63,507 bases of DNA, filler included, from Ministeria vibrans ATCC 50519 (GCA_943704425.1; 9 parts of 9 records of this genome joined end to end with filler, not necessarily neighbours in it); one strand, 5' to 3'; positions 25,815 through 40,679 are shown, counted from the whole stretch's first letter. The notes: generated by a model from the sequence alone, not told the origin. A program made the numbers and translations.

Positions 25815-28800
25815 TCACTTCCGTTTCCTCTCGCTCTTTCCCTTTTGCGCACCCTTTCGCGCACTCTTCACCAAATTGCCCATTTTGTCTCCCTTTTTCC
25901 CTTTCCGTCGGTTCAACGACGAAAGAGTCAATGGCACATACGCATAAGGATCCGGCATTCCCTTTCGCTTCACATCACCCCCTGAAAAAAAGAGAAAAAA
26001 AAACGAAACAAAAAAAGAACGAAAAAAAAAATCAATATTATACTCTTATACACACTCTCGTATATCTTACCCGCTTTCTTGGATCGATAGTCTGTTCCGT
26101 CGCGTTCCGGTTTCCCGCTCGACGCCACTTTGCGCTTCTCACTCCACTTGACACGCTTGCGCACCACCGACGCATCTTCTTCGTCGTCTTCCTCCTCCTC
26201 CTTCCCATCGTCTCCGTCATCGCTCCTTCCGCGCTTCTTCCCCCTTTGCAGTGCTCCTTTAAGCTCCCGCTCCAGTCGCGTCTCCTCATCTTCCTCTTCC
26301 TCTTCCTCCTGCACAATCATCCGCCCATCGGGCGCCCGCTTAAACCCATCGCCACTCTCTCCGCTCCCTCCCTTCTTCTTGGGCCGCTGCGACAGCACAT
26401 GCCGCACCGCCTCCGATCCCAACAAATCCAACGGCTCATCCTCTTCTCCCTCCACTCCCATGCCTCCTCCTTCCCGAATCCACGCTGCTCCCAGTCGCTT
26501 CTTCGCCTTCTCCCCCTTGTAAAACCGCTCTCCGCCATCCTCATCAAACTCCATCGTCTCATAGTTATCGCGCTCTCCTCCATCTCCATTCTCGTCATCA
26601 TCCTCATCATCGCTTCCAAACATCTCCGACTCAAACGACCGACTGCTCTCCTTCCCCTTCGCTCCCTTCTGCTTCACTCTCTCTCCCGCTGCCTCCGCCG
26701 CTTTGCGTCGCTCCTTCTGTTCACTCGTCTTCACAATGTGCTCCCACAACCGACGGTGCTCCGTCGGGAACGCTCGATCCACTCGCTCAACCCCTAGACG
26801 TCGCACACACCGCTCAATCAGTGTCTTGGACTTGCGATGAAAACGATTGCGTGCTTCCGCCGACCAAAACGCAATGCCGCTCAGGATCCCTTCCAAGTTC
26901 GCCTCAAGTACTCCCGTCTCCACCGCCTTCAGCGCCACCTTCACAAATCCAAACACGGCATCCACAATCTCGCGCGATCGCGACTCAAGGAGCATCAACA
27001 CCGTCTCAAGAACCTAATTAGAGTAGAGGGCAAGTGAATAAGACACACAAATTTACCGCACATCTTCTTTGCGCTGTACCTGTTGAACCATCGATTGATC
27101 AATCTTCGAACGGAAATGGAAGAGCAGGCGAGCCAGGGAGCGCACAGCCGCACTAATCATGTGTGGGGTCTGTCCCGCCAGACCCGCCACAACCATGCGG
27201 AAAAACTCGCTGACACCACTCATGTCGCTTGTCTCTTCTTCTCCCTCCGCCATCTGCACCTCATTTCCTTCTCCTTCCGCCTCCTTCTCTTGTTCGTACA
27301 GCTCCATTCGATCGCCCATCACAATGAGCGTGTCAAACGCCAATCGTCGTGTCTTGCCACTCACTTCCTTGGTCCCGAGCATCACTTCCGTCAACATGGT
27401 CGGGATAAACTCGACGTCGGAGCGCGGCAACAATGTCACCACAGAGAGAATCGCACGCAGACGGTTGCGCTTCGCACCCGAACTCACCGACACAAGCGAC
27501 TCGGAGAGCATCTGCTCCATCGTCGACAGGTGCGCAACGCAAAAGTCGCGATGGAACGGATCCTGGCTCTCCAACAACATGGTCAGGGCCGCATACGACT
27601 TCTTCTGCAGCGACGCATCGTCCGTCGCCTGCACAAACGGCTCCAGTACACGCACAAACAGCGACACGGCGCCCTTGTTAAGCTGCGGTAGCATCGCCAT
27701 CGCAAGGTCCATCATTGTGTGCTGGTCGCCCATTCCCTCAAATCCTTTCATGTGCTTCGCACGCGCTTTCCTTTTCTTCGCCGACACACTACTCGCTGCG
27801 TCGCCCATTGCCGCGTCGCCTCCCTCATCTTCCTCGCCTTCTTGCTGCTTGCGCTGCTTGGCCTGCTCCTCCGTCGCCATCAACAGCTTCTTGATAACCG
27901 TGCGGAACAAGTTGCTCACGTACTCACGGTCCGCGACACACATGTACGCCCGAATTGTGGTCAGAAGCATGTTGCGCTCGGACGCACTGCGCGACACGGT
28001 AAACACGTTGAAGAGCAACGGAAGAAAATTCTTCGCGTAGTGCACCCCCATCTGTGCTCGTACATGAGCGCGCTCCTCGTCATCAACTCGCTCCACCACA
28101 GACGATGACACCTCACCCTTGGTCGCATTTGGCTCATTCTCATTGTCGTCCTCCTCATCGTCATCTTCTTCCTCGTCGTCACGCTCGTTCTCCTGCTTCT
28201 TCTGCTGCTGCAGTGCCACGCGCACATTGACTGGGTCGGCCGTGAGCAGCAACTGCTGAATGGCAGAGCACAGCGTCGCACGCAGTGTGGGCTCACTCGT
28301 GAGCATGCCACCAAGACGCGGCGCGAGCTTGTCCAGGATGTACGAGCCATCGGGCGATTCGGTGCAGTAGCCCGGAAGGAGCGCCCATAGTTGCTCGGAC
28401 AGCTGGCGGTACGTCGTTGCAATGAGAGGCTTCTGCTGTCGCCAGTGCTCCGCAATCTGACTGGCGTACACTGCGCGTGGCATAATGTCCTCGTAAAAGT
28501 GACACAGCGACGTGTTGCGCAGGTGAGTACGCAGCACAGGCAACAGCCACGAGTGGGGGAACTCCAGCGCAGGATCAGCAATGTCGTCGCCAAACGTGTC
28601 GAGCGGAAGCACGTCCGGCTGGAGCAGCACGCGCGCACCGTATGAGACCGTCGCGGCGCCCACAAGGGCACGCACGGCCGCAGTGCACTCGGGTCGCTCA
28701 GACGGATCGTAGATTTGAGCAGCCGCACGCACCAATGAACCGGTGACAGGGTAGGCAAGACGACCCAACGAACGAATGAGGGCAGTCGCAGCAACCAGCA

Positions 28801-30383
28801 CAGTGGGCCAGGCACGTTGGAACCGGTAGCCCAGACCCGACGTGAGTGCCTCGACAATGCTCGTGAGTGCCTCGTCCATCCACGCACTCTGCGACTGCGA
28901 CTTCTTCTTCGTGTTCGTCTGCTTCTTGCTCCTCTCTGTCGCCTCTGCCGTCACCCGCGCGGCCGTTTCGCTCACAATGGGCGCCACAGACTGCTCAAAG
29001 ACCGTCTGCAGGGTGGCAACGGCACAAGCCACTGTCTGGCGTTGGTCTGCGACAAAGAGCGGCACGAGACGCTCCACAAGACGTGCAACGCAGTCAAAGC
29101 CCAACTGACGCTCAGTGGGCATAAGAAACATACACGCGTGTGCCTGAATGTTCATCCAGACGACAGACGGCTCGACGTCACCCGCCGCCGGCTGGTACTC
29201 GAGCAGCGCCATGAAGAGCTGGGCGGCGGTGGCTGCCTTGAGACGCGAACGAGTGTGTTGTACAGTGAGCAGATGCTCAAAGGTCGCCAGTGAGTGGTGC
29301 ACTGAGATGACCTGGCCCGATCCAAGCAGACGCAAAAGCCCTTCGCAGCACGACTTGATGGCATCCGCCGGCAACAACGCAATGACTCGCTTCAGCAGTG
29401 CGAGCACGTGCAGTGTCGTGACCATTTCAGCGGGGAGCCCCGCCGTGTGGTCTGTCGCATTGGCTGTCGTCTCAAGCTGTCCGGCTGCTCGCGCTACCTC
29501 TTCGCGCTTCCGTTCCTTCTGCGACTTCTTCTTGGTTGCACCTGTTGCGGTGGTGGTGGGTTGTTCGCTGACAATAATGCGCAGACGCGGCACGCAGAAA
29601 CGGGCGGTTTCGGCAGCGGCCGGAGACGCAGTGGGGAGCAGCGGAGACGCAAGAGAGGCGGCCGGCGGACCGTCAAAGCTCGAACGACGCACAATCTCAA
29701 CAACTGTGTCGTGTGCTTGGTGGCGCACCTTGGCACGAGTGTCAATGGTGTAAGCAAGAACCGCCTGGAAGAGCTGCGGGACGCCGTGGCGTGTCCACAA
29801 TGGCGAAGGGAGTGGCGACAAGAGTGCGCCAACACATCGCAAGACACCGCGAACCACAGCCGGATGAGTGTCGCCAAAGACGGCAAGAGCTGCACCAAAG
29901 GAGCGCACAACATCGTCAAGACGGGCCATGACTGCCTCTTCGACATAGGGAAGCACGAGCGAGAGCAATTTGCTCACGGCTGCCACCGAGTTGGCGTCAA
30001 TGTCCTCCTCGCCAGGCGTCTGTTCCATGTCGTCGTCGTCGTCGTCGCCGTCATCTGCGTCCATGACGTCTTCAAATGCATCATCATCGTCGTCGTTGTC
30101 GTCGTTGCCGTTGGCAGCAGACGCAGCAATGGATTTGGCGTGCGACGTAACGTGCTGTTCAAACGCAGTCATGAGTGCGGCAAAGTAGCTCACTTCCGTC
30201 TCCTCAATGCTCTGGGCACGAATGATCTCCTGAATGACCGCAAGCACGGCCGCTTCCTCGCGATGCGCGGCCACTGAGGACTCTTGGCGTCGCACAATCT
30301 CCGTAAAGACTGCTGGATAGCCCGCGAAAAAAGTGCCAATCTGAAAAGGAAAAGAGACCCAAATTATCACTTCGTCTTGAGAT

Positions 30384-30430
<47 letters not shown>

Positions 30431-30961
30431 AGAAAGAGAGAGGGTAGCAAGAGAACAACACGAGCTGGCTGGCGGGCAGACTGGTCTTCTCTCTGTCTCT
30501 CTTTCTCTGTGTTTTTCTGCTGATGCTACCTGCACGCTGGTTTCGCCGGCCGTGTCGTCGTCGTCTGCGCTCGCCAGACGCTCCTGGAGTGCCATGAGCG
30601 CTGCACGACTAAGAGGCTTCTCTGAGACAGCCTGTGAGGCGGCCACCTGGGACTGGACGGCCGTGAAGCCTGCAGGAGGGCGAGGATGGGCGACGAACGA
30701 GGGACATGACGAGTGTCAGAGAATAATCCCACGTGAACGAGAACAGAACGAAAAAAGAGCAAAGGGGCGCGGGCCAAGCGCATGCGTACCCGTCTTTGCG
30801 GCTGTGCGGTGCGCCGACACGGCTGGATTCGACAGGCAAGCACTGCCTTTCTTCCATCGCAACTTTTTCGTCTTTTTCTCAATGCCCGACGGTGCGCCGG
30901 GACGTCGGCCCTTCTTCGACGCCCGACGAGGTGAGTCGGAAGATGAGGTGGTAGGGCGCAT
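25815..30961 (-). CDS. RRP12: RRP12-like ribosome export HEAT-repeat protein (NUC173 domain)
   Basis: N-terminal RWKKGSACLSNP; DTRAKVR; SWLLPVLR; QLWALLPGYC; AKNFLPLLFNVF; LQKKSY; GLAGQTPHMISA; C-terminal YRSKKAG|GDVKRKGMPDPYAYVPL. Confidence 0.92.
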
Positions 30962-31558
30962 GTTGAGTGAGAAATTACTTAGTTACAGAAATCAATCTCA
31001 ACTCTCAAAAATCTCAAATGTGACTAAATTGCAAAAAATTAAAAATCACTTTGTTTCTTCACTTTCACGCAGTTCCTGCCCTTCCCGACATCTCTGCCTC
31101 TGCCTCTGCTGAGTGTGTGTGCCGTCGTTGTGCTGCGGTAAGAACTTCACTCGAAAATGTTTTCTTTTTGTTATTTTGTGTTCTGTGCAACTCAGACGGT
31201 TGCGGGTCGTTGTATTGGTGTGGTGGGGATGTGCTCTTGTGGATAGGCCTGGAAGCAAGGCTAATAATGCCGAATTTGTTTGGAAATAAGGTTTTTTTTT
31301 TTCACAATCCTTTCGACTTTTCGTCCAAAGAATAATAAGAAAAGGGAAATTGAGATGTTCCACTGTTGCTGCGTCGTCCACCTCGACATTGCCACTCCCA
31401 TCACCATTCACCACNNNNNNNNNNNNNNNNNNNNNNNNNNNNNNNNNNNNNNNNNNNNTTAATTAATTAANNNNNNNNNNNNNNNNNNNNNNNNNNNNNN
31501 NNNNNNNNNNNNNNCTCGCCAAAAGCCAGATAAGCTTCCCCTTCATTTCCTCTGACAG

Positions 31559-34453
31559 GTTTTGGCGGTGGTGGCAGTGCCTTTGGAGCAAGCCCTGGTG
31601 GCCAGTTTGGTGCAGCGAGACCGTCCATGGGCTTTGGGGCTGCGAGACCCTCTACGTTTGGCCAGCCAGCTGCTGCGGCTACCAACACCTTCGGAGGTGG
31701 CGGTGGTGGCGGCGCGTTTGGAGCTGCAGCGCGTCCTGCCTTTGGCGCAGCCGCAGCAACGACCACGACTGGGTTCGGTGCAGCATCCACTGTTGGTGGT
31801 TTTGGAGCGGCGAAACCACCAGCCTTCGGATCTGCTGCTGCACCAACCACGACGTTTGGACAACAACAACCCGGGGCGTTCGGCCAGGGCGCCGGAGGTG
31901 GGGTTCGACCTACGGGCGGTTTTGGCGCGCAACAATTTGGTGCCGCTGCTGGAGGTACTCAGCAATTTGGTGGTGGTGGCTTTGGTGCTCCGAAAGTGGG
32001 TGGCTTTGGTGCGGGTGCGGGCGCGGGCGCGGGTGCTGGTGGCACGGCGAATCCGCCGTATCAGGAGACGACTACCCACGAGGCAGGTGGCACACTACAC
32101 ACACAGTCTATCACGGCCATGCCTGCATACGCTCAAAAGAGCTTTGAGGAGCTTCGATTTGAAGATTACCAACAAGGTCGCAAGACGGGTACCGCAGGCG
32201 GCGCGGTCGGTGGTGCAGGCATTGGAGGTTTTGGAGCCGCGCGACCAGCCGCTGGAGCCGGTTTTGGTGCGGGTGCTGCGACCGGCGGTTTCGGTGGCGT
32301 TGGTGCTGCTGCTGGTGGCTTTGCTCGCCCCGCCAGTACCGGAGGTTTTGGCAGCAGCGCTCCTGCCACCACCACAGGCTTCGGCCAGACTGCTGCTGCT
32401 CAGCAACAACCGAGCGCCTTTGGACAGCAATCACAACAAGCTCGACCGGCCTTTGGCCAGGGCGGCTTTGGTGCCGCACGTCCCAGTGGATTTGGACAAG
32501 CTGCTGGTGGCACACAAGGGGGATTCGGTAGCACTGCCATCGGCCAAGGGTTCGGTGGTGGCGTCGGCCAAGCACAACAAACGCAAGCTCGACCAGCCAT
32601 GGCATTCGGACAGAGCAGCACTGGGGGTTTTGGCAGCACTGCTCTTGGCGGACAACAGCAATCGCAGCCGGCCTTTGGTGCTCGGCCAGGTGCCCAATCG
32701 TTTGGAGCTCGTCCGGGAATGGGTGGTGGGTTTGGTGGGACCGCTACCACGAGTGGATTTGGCGCCGCTGGAGGTCAGTCACAACAACCGCAGGCTGGCT
32801 TTGGTGCCCAAACAGGTGGTTTTGGAGCTCCACGCCCCGCACAACAAACCGGCTTTGGTACTGCCACCAACACTATGGCAAACAGACTGGGAGGCACTGG
32901 TCAATTCCAACTTCAACAACCGGCTCAACAAGGTGGCTTCGGCGCGCAGCAGCGCCCTGCTCTGGGTGCTGGAAGTGGCTTTGGCCTGGGCGGCAGCACA
33001 GGCTGGCAACAACCAAACTCGGGAGCCATGATGCAACAGATGGGCAGCACTTCCGCGGGCACCATGATGATGGGTCCGCAAGGGCAGATGATTCCCCTGC
33101 AAATGAGAATGACTGACTCGCCCTATGGCAATGCAAAGGTTCTCTTGGAAAAGGTCGCGACGGCCACTCCGACAGGCACCGCCACACCCAAGCGCGAGGC
33201 GTTGGCCTCCCACCTGCGCTATGCCGCCTCGCCTCATTCAAATACACGAGTCCAGCCGCGCGGCTACCGCGCGGCTGGTCGTAGTGAGCGCCTTCTCTTC
33301 GATGCCGAAGACATTGCTCTTGAGGAGCCAGGCACGCGCAGTACCAGCGCCAATTCCTTTCAGCTCAAGCGCCTGACCTTGACGGGTTCGGCGCCAGGCA
33401 CACCCGTGCCCAACAAAGCACCCAACGCCGCATCGTCGGCTGCACCGCCCGTCAAAACCATCGATGCGAGTGTCCTGGGATCACCTGCAGCCTCCGCTAC
33501 TGCTGCCTCCCCTAGTTCACCCACCTCACGACCTTCTTCCTCTTCCTTTGTGGTGACGCCCGACTCGATTGCACGCGCACCCTCATCGACGTCGGCGGAT
33601 GCGAGCTTGAACCGGTCAGGTACCAGTGTCACTTCGCCTCAGCTTGTGCGACCCAAACCACGCCGCTTCGCCGCACCCACCGCAACACCCGACGGCAACA
33701 CAAGTCGCCTGACGAATCACTCAGTGAGCTCGTCGACAAGTGGCCGGTCGCCGCGCTCGCACGCGTCTCCGACGCGCTTTGAAAATGCCTGCCCCATTCT
33801 CACGCGTGACAAGTACTACACGCGTCCTGCCATGGACACGCTGTCGCAACTGTCGGCCGAAGAGCTGTCGCAAGTGGAAGACTTTTGCGTGGGCCATCGT
33901 GGCCTTGGTCTGGTGTGCTGGAGCGGCGTGACCGATGTGCGCGGCCTCAACCTCGACGACCTCGTCTTTTTTCGCCCCCAGTCCATCACTGTCTACCCCG
34001 ACGAGCACCTCAAGCCAGAGCAAGGTTCGGGCCTCAACAAACGCGCCTTGGTCACCCTGTACGACTGCTGGCCTTGCGATCGTTTCGAGCAGCCCGTCAA
34101 AGATACGGCAGTGCTACGGCGGAAAAAATGGGCGTCGGTGCTGGAGAGCAAGTCTGTGGAACTTGATGCTCGATTTATTTCGTTCGACTATGCGACAGGT
34201 GCCTGGCAGTTTAGCGTCGACCACTTTTCGCGCTATGGCTTGCGTAGCCACGACATGGATGACGAGATGCCACGCAACGAACCGTCCACGCCGACATTTA
34301 CAAACGCCTCGTCGACGTCAACGACGTCAGCACGACCCATGCTCACTCCCGTGGGTCCCTCATCGTCCACGGCGCACCTTGTTACGCCCAGCCGAAGTAC
34401 TCGGTCACTTGGAACTATGCAAATCGACGACGGAAGTAGCGATGGGAGTGGCG

Positions 34454-34489
<36 letters not shown>

Positions 34490-37206
34490 TGGGAGCGCAT
34501 GACGATGATGGAGACGATGAGGAGGATCTGCACACCATGAACCAATTCAAGGCGGTGCGCTCGGCTGCTGTACGCAGCAGCAATATGGAGAACCGCCAAG
34601 GCAATTCCGCTGCACCCTCGCCAGGTCCTTCGTCGCTGAGCACCCCCGCTCAATTCGCATTGCAACTGGGCCTTGGTGCGCACACGATGCACGCCATGAA
34701 TGCATCGCTGTTTGGCGACGAGGATGTGGATGGCAACGATCCTCTGGAAGGACCTCACTCGCGTTACACCCGCACCACCAAGGGGCCATCTGCGAGTGTC
34801 ACAGCTTCTGTTCATGCGTCTTCCTCCTTGGCACCGCGACGGTTTGTGGATCGAGACGGTGAACTCGACGACGATTTTGGCTCTGAACAGCACGCGCACT
34901 ACTATGGCGGAACCAACGGGTCTGCCGCGACGACTACAACCTGGTTTGGTGGTGGTGGTGGTGTTTCTGCACGGGGACCGGCTGTGCCTCCACCGGCACA
35001 ACGACGACGATTGCAAGAGCCCCGCCGGGAGTCGCCGAATGTGTCGACTCTGGCGGGCAGCAGCATGGCCGCCATGGGCTCGCCCCTGGCGTCCAAAATG
35101 CCGTTGCCGTTGCCCATCTCGAGGGGTGCTACGGGCAACGGTGGTGTTGTGGCGTCCGCTGATTCGCTCATGAGCCGTCGTGAAGGATGCCGTGCCGACA
35201 TGGGCTTGTTTATGGGTCGGTCGTTTCGCGTCGGTTGGGCTCCCAATGGCACTTTGGTGCTGCCAGGCAAACAGTTTGGTTCGGTGCGAGTTGTGCGATT
35301 GCAAGTGTACGATGGGGGCGAGGAGGACCACTCTGTGGCAGCGCTGACAGCGCAGTTGGCTGCAAGCACACGCGTGGACAAGAATGATGACGAGGACAAC
35401 AAGGACGGAGGCGACGATGTGCCTATGCGCGATGGCGACGAAATCGCGTCGTGGGCCCTACTTCATGGCTGTCCTCGGTTTAGCGTGGCGGACGCGGTGT
35501 CAGCCGTGCACACGCTCCAGGCACAGGTGGAGGCTGCGCGCGAGGTGTGTCGTCAGCACGGCGATGACGATGGAGGGAACACGGTGAGTGGACGTGCGGT
35601 GCGCCATCGCTATGCCTTGTTGGTGTGGCGCCTTGCCGTGGCTCTGTGGGGTGATCTGGACACGACGGTGACGAGCATGAGCAATGTGTCGTATGCGGAG
35701 CAGAAGGCACGACGCGCCGCCGTGAGCACCTGGCTCCACCTTGCGTCGCGGTCGCACTTGCGCCCCTGGCACTATGTTCATGATCCACTGGCGCTTCCCG
35801 TGGGCGCCCCCGACGACGGCTGTGCACACATCCGCACGGCCGTCTCGCAACTGGCCTGTGGCAAGGTGCGCAATGCTTGTCGTGTGATTCGTGCGGCGGG
35901 CGATGCACGCCTGGCGCTGACACTGTCGGTGACGAGCGGTGGTGCTCTCGAGGCTCGAGCATGTCTCAGTGAGCAGGTGTCGCGGTGGCGTGATGTGAGC
36001 GCCAACAACCGAGTGCGCGATGCACGCCTGCGACTTTTTCGGTTGATGGCGGGCGACGTGGCTGCCTGTTCGGCCGGCATTGACTGGGTGCGCGCCCTGT
36101 CGTTGCACCTTCGCTTTGGTACAGACTCCACGGCGTCGTTTAGCAGCGCAGTGGACGCGTACTTCGCGGCGGCCGAGCGTGGCGAAGCCCTCTTTCCCGT
36201 GCCGCCGTACGCGCGTGCCGATGCCGGTGGTGACGAGTTTGACTTGTGTTTCCATCTGATGCGACTGCACGGCGACCGGTCGCACTCACTCGCGCAACTG
36301 CTGGACGCCGGCACGTACACGCGCCACCCCCTCAATCACGGTCTCGCCTGGCACCTGCACACGGTCATGGCCGGCCTGGGCTACACACATCTGGCGGCGG
36401 ACGCTGAAGCGCGCCTCACGTGTGGCTATGCATGTCAGCTGACGTGTCTTGGTATGTGGGAATGGGCCGTGTTTGTTGCGATGCATTTGCACGATGCGTG
36501 CGATCGTGCACTTTTGGTGCGCGAGCTGCTTCGCCGACACTGCAGCGCAAGCGAGTCGCTGACGCGCGCTGAGCGCTTTCTGGTGCAACAAGCGCATGTG
36601 CCGTCCACGTGGGTGTACGAGGCGAAGGCGCTGCGGGCGCGCTACGATGGCAATGCGCCCGCCGAGGTGGCTCACCTGCTGGCGGCGGGCCAGTGGGACA
36701 AGTGCCACTGTGTCGCTATGGAGCAGTTGGCAGTACGTGCAATTGTAGTGGGCGCGCGCCATGCTCTCCTACGCTCGACACTGGCCTTGCTTGAGCAACA
36801 TCGTGATGCCATTCGTCATTGGCATCTTGGCGGTGCTGTCTTTGTGGACTTTTTTTATGTGTGCGACGAACTGCCAGAGGTGCTCGAGGCGACGGCGCAA
36901 TCGGGCACTCCGCCGGCGGCTGCGTATGCGCTGGAAGAGCTGGTGTTGTCCCTGCTGGACCGAATGGCGACGCTCTCGGTGGGCACCAAGGGCTGTGTGT
37001 CGGCACACGCGTGCCGTGCCGAAATGTCGGCGCGTCTCAGCGCGACCATGGCACAGCTGACGGCGCTGCGAGGCTCGACGGCCGACCACGCTGACCATCT
37101 GCGTGTTGCTCCCGCCGTATTTGCCTTACCCATGCCCGACGACTACCAGCACGCCAATCTTGATCGGTTTACCGCGTCTTACGTGGAGCTTTTGTCGGGT
37201 GTCTGA
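31559..37206 (+). CDS. NUP98: Nup98-Nup96 precursor (5' exon(s) missing at contig start)
   Basis: FG repeats, GLEBS motif QSITAMPAYAQKSFEELRFEDY, autoprotease domain ending FSVDHF/SRYGL, and Nup96 region (GLFMGRSFRVGW, LGMWEWAVFV). Confidence 0.95.
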
Positions 37207-37866
37207 AAAAGACTGAGAGGAGAGAGAGTGAAAGAAAGAGTGGGTGAGGAGGGTGTTGGACTGAGGGAAGAGCTAGAAAATAATAAACTTTTTTTGTTTT
37301 TGTGTACTGATGGGAATAGCACGAGCACAGCGACAGTAGAAGGGTGCCTTTAAGACAGCGCGATCTTACAACCGGTTTACCGGTGCGTGCCACAATAAAT
37401 CAGAGAAAAATCAACGTCCGCGATCGTACAGTTGGGAGCAGGAACAAAAGGTCAACCAAAGGGAATGACGACTAAATGGCCTTCAAGACGATCGCGCGGG
37501 AACAAAGACAATGTCAACTGCTGCTCTTCGCGCGCACATCGCACCACCGATCAAGTTAAAGCCCCTCTCGTTACCGCATCGTGTGCCGATAATTGCTATT
37601 CATTGTTCAACACATCTCCAGATTCTCGTGCGCCGCTGGCGGCGTGACTGACGTTGATTTGTGGTTGAGCGGCACAACAAAACAAAACATGATTGAACGA
37701 ATTGTTGTATTGAATTCGCTTTGATTGTCTGTATCTGTCCATACTCGTTCTTTGAAGTGAGTGATCGATTGTTTGTACGCTGAAGTCTCAACAGATAGTC
37801 TCAGACGACTCAGAGGGTTCTAAAGCTACTGTACTGCCCGATTCGTTAGATTCACAGTTATTCACC

Positions 37867-39062
37867 ATGCGGTCATCAGATCAATCAGATGAAATGGATC
37901 GTTGGTTTGTCGAGATGGCGAAGGGACGGCGGTTTGCGGTGACGGGAGGCGGAGGGTATTTTGGACGCAGACTCGGTCGATCACTTGTGCGCTATGGAGC
38001 GCGCGAAGTGACCTTGTTTGATGTGCACTTCATCGATGCGGATGAGAGTGCGGAGGATGCTGTGATGCGCCGTGTCACGGGAGACATCCGCGAGGCGGCG
38101 CCGATTCGCGAGGCGGTGCGCCAGGCCGATGTGGTCTTCCATGTTGCAAGCTACGGGATGAGCGGAAGAGAGCAGCTCAACCCCGACCGCATCAACGAAA
38201 TCAATGTGGGTGGCACTCGCAACGTTCTTGAAGGTAAACGCCTCCCGTGCTTTGAGCAGAATCTGAGTCGTGAGCGTTTTTTCAGCTTGCGACCAACTTG
38301 GGGTGAAGGCTCTAGTGTACACCTCAACGACCAATGTGGTGTTTGCCGGCCAAGAAATTGTCGATGGTGACGAGTCGTTGCCCTATCTTGAAGGTATCCA
38401 GGTCGAACAACGACAGGGAGACAGAGAGATGGAGAGATTTGGAATGTGTTTACCGTTTTTCGAGCAGACGCACAATACGTCGATCACTACAGCCGCAGCA
38501 AATCCAAAGCCGAACAACTCGTGCGCACACACACACCAGCACCAACGAGCTCTAGATTGTCTCTCGGCACGGCGTGCATCCGCGCAGCCGGTATCTACGG
38601 CGAAGGCGAGCAGCGGCATTTCCCACGCATCCTGCGCAATCTGCAAGCGGGTCTGTTCTGCTTCCGCTTTGGCGACCCGTCCAATCGCTGTGAGTTTATC
38701 TACGTTGACAACCTTGTTGATTCGCACCTGCTCGCCGCGCGCGCGCTCCTTCAGGGCCGTCTGTCGTCCGACAACAGTGCCAATGTGTACTTTGTGAGTG
38801 ATCAGCAACCCGTCAACAACTTTGAGTTTTTCTGTCCCCTCATGGAGCAACTCGGTTACGCCTACCCTGCCATTCGCTTACCAGTGGTAAAACAGTGTGT
38901 ACATGTGTGTGTGTGCATATGTGTGTGTGTGCATGTGTGTGTGTGTGTTTGTGTGTGTGATTGTGGTAGTGTTTGTGTTAGTGTTTGTGTTAGTGCTTGT
39001 GCTTGTGCTTGTGCTTGTGTTTGTGGTAGTGTTTGTGTTAGTGTTTGTGTCTGTGTTAGTGC

Positions 39063-39152
<90 letters not shown>

Positions 39153-39783
39153 ATATGTGTGATCTGATGTTCATTTGTGTGTAGGGGTTAGTGTTTCGCA
39201 CGGCACATCTTATTGAGATTGTACACCGACTCACTGCTCGATGGCTCTACAATTTCCAACCGCTTCTCACTCGTGCCGAAGTCTTCAAAACGGGCGTCAC
39301 CCACTATTTCAAGTAGGACAATTCGAATAATTCAATGACAAAAATAGAGCACCCCAAAGTGTATTATAAAGTGCATTGCGCTACCCCTCTCCTGAAAAAT
39401 CATTAAATTTTCTTTCATTTCATCCCCCTACACGGTTTCCCCCACAATACACTACACAATACGCCATACAGATCTTTTCTCGTACCTCTTCTAACCGCAT
39501 CCCCTCCAGAGTGGACAAGGCAGTGCGTGAGCTTGGCTTCCGTGCCCGTGTGCCCATGGACACCGCCATGGCCCGTGTCGTCCGCTACTACCAGCTTGAA
39601 GCCTCCTTTGTCCGCCGTCCCTGGTCCAATCACGACGTACGGTGTTCTCTGTTGAAAATCTTTTTTTCTTTCTGTTTCTCTCTCACTCCTCTCTCTTCTC
39701 TCTTATTCTAGATCACTTTGTGCTTTCTTGTGTGTGTTGGACTGGTCGGAATTGTGATTGCGCATCTGAAAATGCGTTTGTAG
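37867..39783 (+). CDS. SDR42E1: Extended SDR, 3-beta-HSD family (SDR42E1-like), with C-terminal TM segment
   Basis: TGGGGYFG; HVASYGMSGREQL; YTSTTNVVF; catalytic HYSRSK; AGIYGEGEQRHFPR; FQPLLTRAEVFKTGVTHYF. Confidence 0.9.
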
Positions 39784-40003
39784 GAATGCACATACATATT
39801 ATTATGTATCCTACCGTTCGTGTGTCTTTGCAGAGTCATTGCGTGTCTATCTATCACTTCGTTTTTTTAAGAAGAACGTCAAAATAACAATGAGATTCTC
39901 GAGAACGAACTGATCGAGTTATTTCAATTTCAGAAAATAGAAATTCAGTAATTTCAGTTCCTTCCTTCTGTCTCTCTGTCTCTCTGCTGATCTTCAATCT
40001 AGC

Positions 40004-40679
40004 ATGTCTGCCACTGTTGCCTACCGCGAGCGCGTCAACGTCGCGCCGGCCGAGTATTTCCAGCTTACAATCTTTGTCAGTATGAAAACGCCCCTCTCTC
40101 TCTAGCGCTTTTGCCAAGGTCGGTCACTTCGACCAGCTCTCTTGGTGCCCCGCTATCAAGGTACGTCTGTTGCTTATGCTTCTAGAGCCGTCAGTTTTTT
40201 ATTTGTTTTTTTTGACCTGTCACTTACAGAGTGCGACTGCCACGAACGGAGAGGAGATTGGTTCTATCCGAACGTTGACGCTTGGTGACGGCGCAGTGGT
40301 TGTGGAGAACCTGCGCGCCAAGACGGCCAATTCGTACACGTATGGCTTCACCGAGCCGAATGCGACGCCCTGCCACGCAGGCTACTCGTACGCCGCACCC
40401 CTACATCTCTCTGTCTGTGTCTGCCGTGTGGCTTTTTTTGTTTGTGGTTGTGAGCTCTGTTCTTACAAGCCTCAAAGGTGTTTGTTTTGTTGACTTATTT
40501 TTCCGCCCACTTTTTTTGACAGCTCCACAATCGCCGTGGAAGCCATTCCAGACGCACCCAACGCGTGCTTTCTCGAATGGACTGGCACCGTTCCCGCAGC
40601 CAAGGAAGGATTCACCCTTGATCAAGCCGTAGGCATGCTCAAGGGTCTTTACGCTCTCATTGGCTCTTCATTTCATTGA
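40004..40679 (+). CDS. SRPBCC/START-like (polyketide cyclase 2 / MxaD-type) protein, spliced
   Basis: VGHFDQLSWCPAI...GEEIGSIRTLTLGDGAVVVENL...SYTYGF...STIAVE...LEWTG. Confidence 0.75.

Noticed and set aside
38878-39234. ORFs with CVCVCV / HTHTHT / poly-Ile / poly-Asn / SLSLSL runs
   Set aside because: Translations of intronic (GT)n, (CA)n, (ATT)n and (CT)n microsatellites.
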